From Geosiphon pyriformis uo1 (taxonomy: Eukaryota; Fungi; Glomeromycota), in contig JAAOMT010000222.1 of assembly GCA_016748015.1 (NCBI GenBank), forward strand, positions 623,924 through 687,923: a stretch of 64,000 nt of DNA, written 5' to 3'. Positions 11,792 through 22,700 of the stretch are shown here, piece after piece (the first letter of the stretch is position 1; every line of letters starts with the position of its first letter). A program made the translations under genes and the position numbers. The notes beneath the pieces were generated by a model. The model was not told the DNA's origin. It saw nothing but the letters and a program-made list of their open reading frames with translations, and searched no databases.

Positions 11792-14700
11792 CCAGTTTGA
11801 TTTGGAAAGTTGCTACGTGTAATGTTCGAGGCATGAACATTTCTGCAAAACAAGAAGATATAGTTCATTGGCACAAGGACATGGGAAATTTGGTTTCTAT
11901 TTTTATTGAGACAAAGTTGAAGGATAGAGTTTGTCCCTGGATCGCCAACAAGTTTGATGGTGTTCGGGTGTTTTTCTCTGGTTTGGATTCTGGTTATCTG
12001 GGTGCTAGTGTGGCGGTTGTCATGGACTCTTCTTTGGCAAGGCATGTGTGCAGAGTTTCTGAAGTGCCTGGCCAGCTCTTGTCTATTAGATTGCTTTTCA
12101 AGAATAAGCTCTCAGTGTCAATTCTAGGGCTCTATGCTGGTGCTTCTTCGGTGGTGTGGTTTTCCCAGGCTAATGAGATTAACTCTCTTATTGCAAAGGC
12201 TGTTAATGAATCTTCTTTTGTCATTCTTGGGAGTGATTTTAATGAAGATGGTTCTCATAAAAGTGCAAGTTTCAAAAAATGCTTTGATTTGGGTCTGGTC
12301 AATTCTTTAGTTCGTAGCCCAGCTGCAAAAACGTCCACTTGGGAAAATTCTAGGGGTGTTACAAAAGTAATTGATTACATGTTTGTCTCCTCGTGTCTTG
12401 TCAATGCGATAGTGCATTATAAGGTTTTAAATGTCAGTAAGCATTTTGACACAGACCATCAAGCTGTTTCAGTGGATTTGGGTTTGGGCGGGCTCTTGGA
12501 TACGCACTTGATTTTTTTTCGCAAGCAGGCGAATAAGAATCATTGGAAGCTTGACGTCAAAAGTGCCAATGATGCTAGGTGGTTGGAGTTCAAGGATGCT
12601 TCAGCTGCTAATGTCTCTATGTTCTCAGATGCTTTTGAAGTGGCAGTGAGGTTTTCAGATGTGGACACTATGTGGGATATTGTTCGCAAGATCATGGTTC
12701 TTTCAGCGGGTGGTACATTCAAGAAAAAATGGTTCAAAGGTTTTGACGGCGTGTTTACCAAGACTTCTTCTAGGTTTCACAAACTGGAGCTGCTGGTTTC
12801 TAAGTTGGTTAAGGCCTCGCGTTTGGCTTCGAGTGATGGTTTTGCTTCTTTGTTGGAGGTGTGGCACAGACTCGACTCTCCTGGTGCATCAGAGGTTAAG
12901 TCTCTGTTTCTTTTAGGTTCTAATTTTGATATTATTTGTTCTGCGCTAGCCAAAGCAAGGAAATTGTACTGCTCTTTGAAATTTTTGGAATCCAAGTGTG
13001 CTGAAAAATCTTCAATTAAGCAGGCTATTGGTAAGAGAATAGAGAGTTTTGAGCTGAACAAGGGTCACATCATTAAAAGTGTTTTGGAGCGTTCTTTTTG
13101 CAAGGTGGTCCTAGATCATCTGGTTGTAGAAGAAGAGTTGATTTTGGAGCCCGATTTGGTTAAGTCCAAGGTGGACGAAATTATGGAGGGATAGACCAGA
13201 AAACGTAAGGTGGTGTCTGACTTTTCTAAGGATTGGATTTGTCAATTTCAGTCTCTGGATTACGTGTTCGATGGTGCTTTCTTTGATGTCATGTGCTCGA
13301 TCAGTTTTGATGAGTTGTCAGCTGTTGTTAAAGATCTTCCTGATGGAAAAGCGGCTGGTCTTTCTGGTATCTCCAACAAATTGTGGAAACATTGTGACAA
13401 ATTTATTTTGGATATGCTTTTGGTGCTCTTGAATTTTTGTCTGGTTGGCGAGTCGGTTCCTGGGCCTTGGAGGGAAGCTTGGGTCTCGATGATTCCTAAA
13501 CCATATGAATGGGAGAGAGTTCTCACAAACACCCATCCTATAGCTTTAATTAAAACAGCCCGCAAGATTCTCTCCAAGATCCTTTCAAATAGGATCTCTT
13601 TGGCTTGCAGCACTTTTGATGTTCTTCATGGAGACAATTTTTCGGTTTTGAAAGGTATGATGATGTAGTCTCCCATTTTTGCTGTCGGTTCTGTGGTTGA
13701 GGATGCCTTGGAAAAGAACTGTGAACTTTGGCTGGTTTTATAAGACATGCACAAGGCTTATGGCTTGGTTGGTTGGGAACATCTTAGGAGGAGTTTGATC
13801 AAGATCAAAATGTGTGACAGGTTTATTAGATTTTTTGGCAGTATTCACAATAGTTGCATCAACAGAGTGATAACTGACTTTGGTTTAACTGATGGGTATT
13901 GTGTCCACGATGGGCTGGATCAGGGTGAAGTTTTCTCATCTCTTTTCTGGCATATTTTTTATGATTCGCTTTTGTGTGAAATCAAGAGGCAGGAGAGTGT
14001 GTAGGACTACAGGTTGAATTCTCATTATGTTTCTAAAACAGGCCGAGTAGATCCTTGTGCTGGATTGACTTTGTTTCTCACTGCTGGTGCTTTCGTCGAT
14101 GATACTATTTGGGTTGGTAGCAGCCAGGCTGCTACACAACACATTCTGGATATTGCTAGTGAGTTTTTCAGGTTCAATGACATTTCTGTGAATAATAACA
14201 AGATGGTGGCCATCCCTATCAACTGTCGGGTGTTGGACTCTCATTTAACTATCAGTGGTGCACCTATTTCCATTGCCAGGAAAGGGGAATCTCATCACTA
14301 TTTGGGTATTTTTTTGTCTTCTGGGGGTCTTCGAAGCCTAGCTTGGCTAAAGCTCAGGCTAATGTATGGTTTTTTGTGAATCTTGTTTTGAGGAAGGCGA
14401 TTTCAGACAAACAGTGTGCATATTTGGTGTCTGTGGTTCTTTTCCCTATCATCAGCTACAGGACTCAGTTCAGTTTCATTTCTTTGAGTGTTTGTAGTAA
14501 ATGGGACGCTTTGGTACACAAGATCTTTAAGTCCAAGTCTGGGTTGCCACATGATTTCCCTAGTGATGCTTTTCATCATCCCTCTTTGTACAATCTAAAG
14601 ACTTTCAAACAAATCCAGGCTGAGAGTAAATCGGCCTCCATTATTGCTTTTGCAAATTCCACTGGTGTCTTGGGTTGCTTGTTTTCACATAGGTCTCATG

Positions 14701-16475
14701 ACCTCCAGGTTCTCAGCTGGTGTTCTCGTCATCCCTTAATGTTTCCGGCTCATGTTGGTGTTAGTTCCTCAAATAATTTTTTGGCTGGTGTGGTCCGTAT
14801 TTTTTCCGGATGTGATTTGTCTTTGGAGGGCTCTTTGGCTTGTACTTTTCATCATCGGTGTGGTACTCCTATGTTTTTGGTTCTAGGTGATTCCTGTTTT
14901 TTCAAGTGTGTCTCTTCGCTCAGGCGTTATGGGATTGCTTTCATGGAACAGCTTCATGACCGTAATGGTGATGTTTTTAGTTGGAGAACCTTTAAGCGTT
15001 AGAAGAGGCTGGACCTTCGTGGCCCAGTTCCTTTCTGGTTTGATCTCTCCATTCACTTTCTTGGTAGTGTTGTATCTCTCTCCTCAAGTTCCTCTTTGGC
15101 GGATGGTCATGCTGTGTCTAACATTGGTCTTTCTCATGATTTTGGTGTGGTTCGTGATGTTTTGCTGACCATTGGAGCTGCCCGCCTTTCTGTGTATATG
15201 GATGGATCTCTTTCTGGTCTGGGCTCTGTTGACGTGAGGGCGGGTGCTGCTGTTTTTTTTAAGGACATTAACTTGGGTTTGGGTGTTGGAATGTCTGGTT
15301 TGGTTTCTTCTACTCTGACCGAGCTGCAAGCCATAGCTTTGGCCCTTGAGTGTGTTCCTTTTTCTCATTCAGTTGACTTGTTCTCAGATAGCCAAGCTGC
15401 TTTAGATGCATGTAGGTTGGAATTGTCACTGGCTCGTCCAGATTTCAGGAACCGCTGTTGAATTGAGTGTCATCACATTACTACTGTCATTTGTCAGAAG
15501 AATTTGGATGTGAATTGGGTCAAGGTGAAGAGTCATTCAGGTGTCTCAGGCAATGATCGTGCTAATGCACTTGCTAAAGATGCTGCTCTCTCTGCTTGGT
15601 GCCTACCTCATTTAGTCAATAAATGTTTTCTGTGTGCTGGTGGTATGACAGTTTCTGGTAATTCTAGACACTTTGTTCGTAATGTTTTCTGGTCAGTTCA
15701 TCGAGCTTATTGGGAGGTCGGAGTGGGTTCTCGTGTTGTGGATGATAGGTTGCGCACTGATATCAATTGGTCTAAGTCTTCTATGGTGTGGCACCCTGAT
15801 TCTCACTTGGCATCCGGTTTTACCAGCATGCGCATGGCTAGCTGTCGTACTTACTTTATAAAGGCTCTCCATCATTGGCTTCCTGTTGCTATGCGCAAGC
15901 ATTTGTATGATAGGAGATACCCCAGTGTGGTCTGTTTGTTTTGTGGTGATGTTAAGATCTTGGATCATGTTTTTTCATGCCCTCAGGATGCTGTTGGTCA
16001 TGCTCATTTGTTGGGCACTCATGCTTCAACTTGGAAGGCTCTTTCTGGCCTGTCTTGTTCTTTTTTTTGTGTCTTACAGACTTTGGCTTCTTGTGTTTCT
16101 GAAGTTGGAATTGGTGTTGCTCTGTGTAAAGGCTTTGTTTTCAATGAATGGTTTCGTGAGTCTGTCTCGGTTTTTAATAATTCTGATGAGGGTACTAAAA
16201 GGATTGTGAGCTTTGTGCGTGAGTTCTGTTTTGCATTTTGGGACGACATTTAGTTGGTCCGCGCCAGACACTGAGCGTTTATGGAAAAGTGCAGTCTGAT
16301 TTCGCATGACAGCTCCACTCTTGTTTCAGTTTCTGGTTTGTCTAAAGTGTTTTTGGCTGGTGTGGTTAGATTGCTGAGAGTGGCTGAGGCTTTTGGAGTT
16401 GGTTTTGGGTTTCGTAGGTTTTGTCCATTTTTTTCAGATATTGGAGATTTGGTTTCTGTGCATATAGATGTATAA
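11788..16475 (+). pseudogene. LINE ORF2: APE endonuclease, RT, RNase H, C-terminal CCHC
   Basis: APE: TCNVRG...ETKL...G(S)DFN...IDY...TDH. RT: PIAL, DM(R)KAY, QGE, AFVDD, YLGI. RNase H: YMDGS...ELQAI...SDSQ...KVK(G)HSG..GNDRA. CCHC: CLFC...HVFSC. Several stops and a frameshift near 14340. Confidence 0.95.
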
Positions 16476-17340
16476 TGTAGTCCTGACTGGCCTAAGTGGC
16501 TGGTCACGTGTAGAAAGCGCATGATTCGCACCTAGTTTAGATTATTTGTATGATGTATAGCACTAGGTCACGTTTGGACCTTATTCATTAAATAAAAAAA
16601 TAAAAAAATAACAAATAAAAACAAATTAAAAAATAGCAATAGATTTTCAGAAAACTAAAAAATAAGCTAAATATTATAAAAAAGTTTAATTAAATATTAT
16701 AATTAAAAAATATTAAAAAAGTTTATTGATAATTCAAAAAATTTAGTCACAAATTGTTCAAAATATATTTCGAATTAAAATAAATAAGATTATTAACTTA
16801 TTAATCAAAAATAAAGTTTGAAAAAAAATTAATAAATTAAATAAATATAAAAAACAAATTAAAAATTTAACAAAAAAAGTTAAAAACTTTTATTTAATAA
16901 TTTAAATTATCTAAAAAAGAAATAAAATTTATTAACAAATAAAAAAATCACAAAAGTTATTAAAAAATTATGTAAAAAATAAAGTATATTAAGCAAAATT
17001 ATTATAAAAATTATTAATAAATAAAAAATTAATGTCAAAACTTACATTATTTTTTTTATTAAAACTATTTAAATAATAATTAAAGAATAAAATTAAAAAA
17101 AAAATTAAAAATAATCAAAAAATTATTTAGTAATCTTATATAATAATCAGAAATTAAAAAATAAAATTAAATAATTAAAAAAAAAGATGTTTTAAAATTA
17201 TTAACAAAAACAAAAAATATTGTTTAATTTATATAAAAAATTTTTATTATTTTTATTCAAAAAACAAAATAAGTTTATGTTGTTAAAAATAAAAATAAAA
17301 ACAAGTTTTTATATTTAATAAAAAAGCCAAATATTAAATA

Positions 17341-17826
17341 AACTTTTTGTTTTATTAATTTTTTGTTTATAATAAAACCAAAAAAACTTTAAAGAGTAGT
17401 TATAAATCTTTTTTTTTTATTTGTTCTTATACTTAACTATTTTTTTAATACTAATCTATTTGTAATTATAAAACTGGCTAATAGTTTGGCTAAAAATGTA
17501 AATAGTAACAAAACTAATAAAATACTATTTTGGCATTATAAAAAATTGAAATATATATATTTATACTTTAAAAAAATTAGAAAAAAGTTTAAAAAACTTG
17601 CTGTTAAGTATAAGATTATTGACTCATTAATAAGTTTTTTGGTCATAAATATGCTTAAAAATAATAAAATAATTACAAATTATTTCTAAAGTAGTAAAAT
17701 TAAAAGTAAAAAAAACAGTATTAGTAAAATATTTGATGTTAAAAATTTAAAAAACACAATAATAAAGAAAACTAGTTTTGTTAATTTAAATAACTTTGGT
17801 AATAATAAATACATAGATAAAACTAT
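17341..17826 (+). mobile_element. 5' part of a heavily decayed LINE (LINE0, same family as LINE1); continues at 41914-42316
   Basis: AACTTTTTGTTTTATTAATTTTTTG...GAGTAGT matches the LINE1 5' UTR AACTCTTTCTTTCATTAATCCCCTG...GAGTAGT. SKIFDVKNLKNTIIKKTSF matches GTSDVENMKNTIVEKTSY. Confidence 0.75.
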
Positions 17827-18444
17827 TGTTATAAATTAAAGTAACAACCTAACAAATAGCAAAAAAGAATAAGATTATAGAATAATAAAAATAATTAAAG
17901 AAAAAATTATAATAAAGAGATAAATTGAATAAATAAAGATTTAATATGCATGATTAGTAAATTTTTTTTGGAAATTTGAAGATAAAAAAATAGTTATAAT
18001 TGTTAACAAGATAATATTACTGCTATTATTTTATGTTTTAATTTGGCAATTTTTAGAATTAATAATAGGTATTATTGTGTTTTTTAATTATTTTTTATTT
18101 AATGAATTATAAAAACAAAAAATCACTTTTTAAGCTAATTTTAATAATATAAATCAAGAAAAAAAAAGATAAAGTATATAAATGCCAACAAGTAATTTTT
18201 TATTCCAAAATATTTAAATACTTAAAAGTAGAGAAAAAAGAATAAACAATATAAAAAAAAATAATTAATAGTAAGTTTTATTTTGTTACTTTAATTATAT
18301 TCTTCTATAGTTAAGAAATTTATTATTTATATAGTTATTAAAAATAGTCAACAATTTTTATTTAAAAATAGAGTGGCTAATTATATAATATTAGTGAATA
18401 ATACATGTGATAACTAATAAAAACTATGAATTTTAACTATAATA
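17827..18444 (-). repeat. 3' LTR, family E
   Basis: Starts TGTTA and is colinear with 41164-41909 (for example the shared AAATGCCAACAAGTAATTTTTTATTCCAA). Confidence 0.8.
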
Positions 18445-18705
18445 TTATTTTTTTTAAAGAAATTAAGCTTTAGTAAAATCAAATTATTTATTGAGTATTC
18501 TAATTAAAAAGTTTTGTCTAGTTTGAAATTAACTATTTTAATAAAGTTTTTTGTAAATAGAATATATAGTACTTAAAATAAAATAAGCTTTGTATTTAAG
18601 AAACTAAATCTTTGAAAATAGTTAAAACTTAGAAAACATCTAGTTGTATAATGCCTAAAATTTCTATTTATATTTTAGAAATTATTTTTTTTATAAGCTT
18701 TATGT

Positions 18706-19674
18706 TGTTACCAGTAGAATTTAGCTATTAATTAGCATGAAATTACTTTCATAATTTCCATTATTAATTAGCATATATTATTATTATTTCGATTATCACT
18801 TATTATTTAATCAAATTATCAAATATTATTACTCAATTAATAATCTGATTTGTATTTTAGAAATTAAGATGATCAAATTACACAATATCCTGAACCATTT
18901 AACATAATCAAAATTCGCTGAAATTAATAGAAATTGGCCGAAATAATCAATAGTTCAGTAAAATAACTTGTAGTTTGCCAAAATGTATTTTTAGTTTACC
19001 CAAATTATAGCAAAGAGAAAAGTACAAGTTCAAAGACTAGTACTACAACAAGTTGTATAAAAAAGAGCTTCTTTTTTCAAGAAAATATATCTTCTCATAG
19101 TATCTTATTATAGTATCTTACTTTAAATATCTTAATTAGAACAAATTACTTTTTACATATTCAAATAAAAATTAAATATTCGAAAACCAAATCCTTAAAT
19201 TATTACACTTGAAATTCTCTTAACACAACTAATGTTTTAAAATTGATTAGCTATCAATTTCAATAATCTGTTAGTAACTTCAGGCCTAAATAGAAAACGT
19301 TTTACTTGATAAAATCCTATTTCTCTTACATTTTTTTTATTTTTTCTTTCTTTTCTTATTATCATCATTAAGATAGCCTACAGACAAGATTTCTGTAGAA
19401 GAGTTAACTTTTACAGCAAAGTAATTACACATTTTTAATGAGCTTCCAGATAAGCAATTCCTGGGAAAGAGTTGATGTTTACTATAACATAACTACACAA
19501 AATAACTGGCATGGAATTGGCCATTCCACTTATAAGCCCAGCAGTTCAAATTATAGGAGATAATTTGAAGATAAATTCAGTTACTGAAGGTCCAACTACT
19601 TTCTGAGAATGTGAATTCACAGCAAATTAACATTAACAATATTCAAGAAAAGAGACCAAAAATCTCCAGTAACA
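18706..19674 (+). repeat. 5' LTR, family B (969 bp)
   Basis: TGTTACC...GTAACA with short terminal inverted repeats. Six other copies are in the window. Confidence 0.97.
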
Positions 19675-19676
19675 TT

Positions 19677-19694
19677 TGGTGCTCTTCTACAGAA
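19677..19694 (+). promoter_or_regulatory. Primer binding site, family B (TGGTGCTCTTCYACAGAA)
   Basis: 2 nt after the LTR. Same site at about 62799-62816 and 47078-47095 (minus). Confidence 0.85.
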
Positions 19695-19719
19695 ATAACA
19701 CAGCAACAACAAAATCAAA

Positions 19720-22700
19720 GTGATGACCATATCAGACACAACAACTCTAGAGTATTATCAGTCAATTTACCACTGCAAGCAAAGATTCAACATTCCAGAC
19801 GGAATTGAAGTTGTCAAGAAATCAGTATACCAATACATTAAAAACTGCATCAACAATTATCTTTTTGGAAACTACAACATTTCAGAAGTTAGAAGCAACT
19901 TTTACAATAATTTAGTATACTATTCACAATTAGAAACAGAAGACCTGAACAGTGAAACTCTTGCCACCTACTTCCAAGAACTTAACTTTAGCATTATTCA
20001 GTATTGTGAAGAAAAATACCCAGTGCAGCCTAGATACTTTATTGACTTTGAATCAGAAACAAAAACAAACAACAGAAGCAAACAAAAGCAACATTTAAGC
20101 ACTATTTCAACTACCCCAAAGACACCAAAAATAACTGCCAAACACTTGCAAACTTTAAAACAAAGAACCAGCACCAGACTTCCACTCTTAGTTACATCCT
20201 TTCCAATTTTACTTGCTCAACCACAAACACCAAATTCACCACTTATCCATTTTTTAAGAACAGAAGATTTTCAGTCACCCAAAAGTCTTACTTAACAACA
20301 GAATTCATATCAATCAGCACCAATATTATTGATTACCTACAAAAAAATGAAAGTAATTATTCAGAGAACTTGGAAAGTGAGGAAACTAAATCAGAACAAG
20401 AAGAAACTACAGAAAATGAAAAAGAAATGGCCACTGCTTACATTGCAAAGATTCCAGAATTTACTGGTGAAGATAATGATACCAGTCCTTAAGAATGACT
20501 TGACAAAGTTCAAAAAGCAGGAGATGTAAATGGTTGGAATGCAGCAAAGATGCTTAAAGCAATCCCATACTTTTTCCAAGGAACTGCAGAAAAATGGTTT
20601 GAAAACTTAGAAGAACTATTTAGAAACTAACAAGCATTTAAAGATGTTTTTTTACAACAATTCACTAACAATAACACCTCTATTACTCTCTGCAATTACT
20701 TTTGCAATATCAAACAAGAAACATCTAAAACTGTTATGACCTATTTTGGGAGATTCAACAAACTTTTTTAATGAATTTGACAATTGGAAACCAATGAATA
20801 CTATTCCAATGCCCAGATTTTGGATCAGTTTATAGCAGAATTAAAAGACAAATTGATTAAAAAAGTTTGTCCACATGTCTCAGAAGACTTAGCAACAGCC
20901 ATTAGACATGCAAAAAACTATGAAATGGCAATAAAAAAAGCAAATCATACCAAATTTGTGAATCTTACTATTGAAGAAACCAGCTCAGCAGCTAAAGAAA
21001 AAATTGACCAACTTACAAAGAAGATTGAGAACTATTTCACCAACCAACAACAACAGCAACAACTACAAAAATATTAGTCATCACAACAACAAAACCAAAA
21101 CAGCTACTTATTATTATCAAACAGCCAAAACCAAAGTTGTCATTATTGTGGGATTCCAAGACATTGGAAATGAGATTGCAGAAAGCTACAAAGAGACCAA
21201 CAAAACGAGAATAATTAACATTACTCTTTAATACAACAATCTCATTATCAGTCTTCACTACCAGTCTACTATTCTTCAAGACTTCAACAGCAGAACAATT
21301 ACTATCAGTCTGTTCCACAACAGCAATATTAACAATCTCTACCAATTCAACAATATCAACAGCCATCTACACAACAATACTAAGTACCTGCTCAAAAATT
21401 GGTTCAACAAAACCAATTTACATCTCAAAATCAATTTTAGAATAACAACAACAGAATTAATCCAAATAACCAATTAATTCTCCAAAATTCTGGTCAGCAA
21501 AAACCAAATCATTATTACACTCAACCCAGCTATTTTATAATGTCTGAAGAATCGAATTTTCAACAAACTGCACTTTTTAAAGGTAAAGTTGCAGCACCAA
21601 AATCAAATTCTTCTAACAATACTATTCCACCAGCCCAAATTGCCCAAAATGCCAACCTTTTAGATATATTTCCATTCGAATTTAAAGCAAATAAATCATC
21701 ATTCTTGCTTAGCAATGCAACAGTCAATAAGCAAAAAGCTATCACTGCCATGTACACTAAAGCTACAGTAGAAGGAAAGCCCATCCAATTAATTCTAGAC
21801 AGTAAATCTGCTGAAAGTATCATCACCTACTAATTAATGCAACAACTCAATCAAAATGTTAACAGACCAGTCCAAACAATAATTATTACAGAAGATAATA
21901 TGAAAAAGACACCAGTAGGAGAAATTGAAAATTTTCCATTCACCATTGATGGAATCATTATTCCAGTTAAAGTTCTAGTTATGGATGCACCCCAATACCA
22001 AGCTTTTGTCAGAAATGATTGGTTTTTCAAGGCCAATGCAAAGTTAGATTGGAAAACTCAAGAACTTAAAATCTCATACCAAGAACAATACACCATAGTA
22101 CTTGCTACTTGTAGCACTTTTAACAAATGATCAGAAAAAGCCCCAGTGTTTAAATTTAAGAAAAAGAAGGAAATGCCACTTACTAAAACATATATGATAC
22201 TTGGATCAATATTCAATTGGGCTGAGAAAACAGAACAGAAAATTTTTGAAGAATTAAGAGGATAGAAAAAAGTGAAGTATTTTACACCAAAACCATGAAA
22301 AAAACCACCATACATCTCATTAAGATGCAAAGATTGTAAAAAGAAGCTTTTATCTATGGAAGCCTGTATTTCTCCAGAAGAGAAATATGAAACTCGCACC
22401 TGCTACTTTTGCAAAGCATGCTATAGAGAATGATTTGAATACCCCAAAAAAAATAAAAAATGGAACAACACTCATTGTCTTATATGTGGAGATATGCTAT
22501 TAAAAGAATGCAACTGGATTAATATTGCAATGAAGGGAGGAGTATGTGATCAAACCTGTTAATATGCTCTATCAATTTCGAAAAAAGTCAGAAGAGGCAC
22601 ACCATTTGATGCAGCATATAACAGTGCTTTTAACAAACTCTACTACTATCCTCATGATGCTGAAATGATTTTTGACTTAGCAATAACATTAATCAATAGA

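Larger units (their letters stand above)
9706..16610 (+). mobile_element. Full-length LINE (LINE1): ORF1 + APE-RT-RNaseH-CCHC ORF2, poly(A) tail
   Basis: Sharp GC rise at 9706, two ORFs, 3' UTR motif and an A-rich tail at 16591-16610. Least decayed LINE in the window. Confidence 0.95.

Noticed and set aside
9903-16531. Many antisense and alternate-frame ORFs over the LINEs and Gypsy elements
   Set aside because: Shadow ORFs caused by strand compositional skew, with no motifs and no consistent boundaries between copies.
16476-16535. Hammerhead ribozyme in the LINE 3' UTR (CTGA...GAAA present)
   Set aside because: CTGA is followed by CTG rather than NGA, GAAA is in a loop, and neither is conserved in LINE2.
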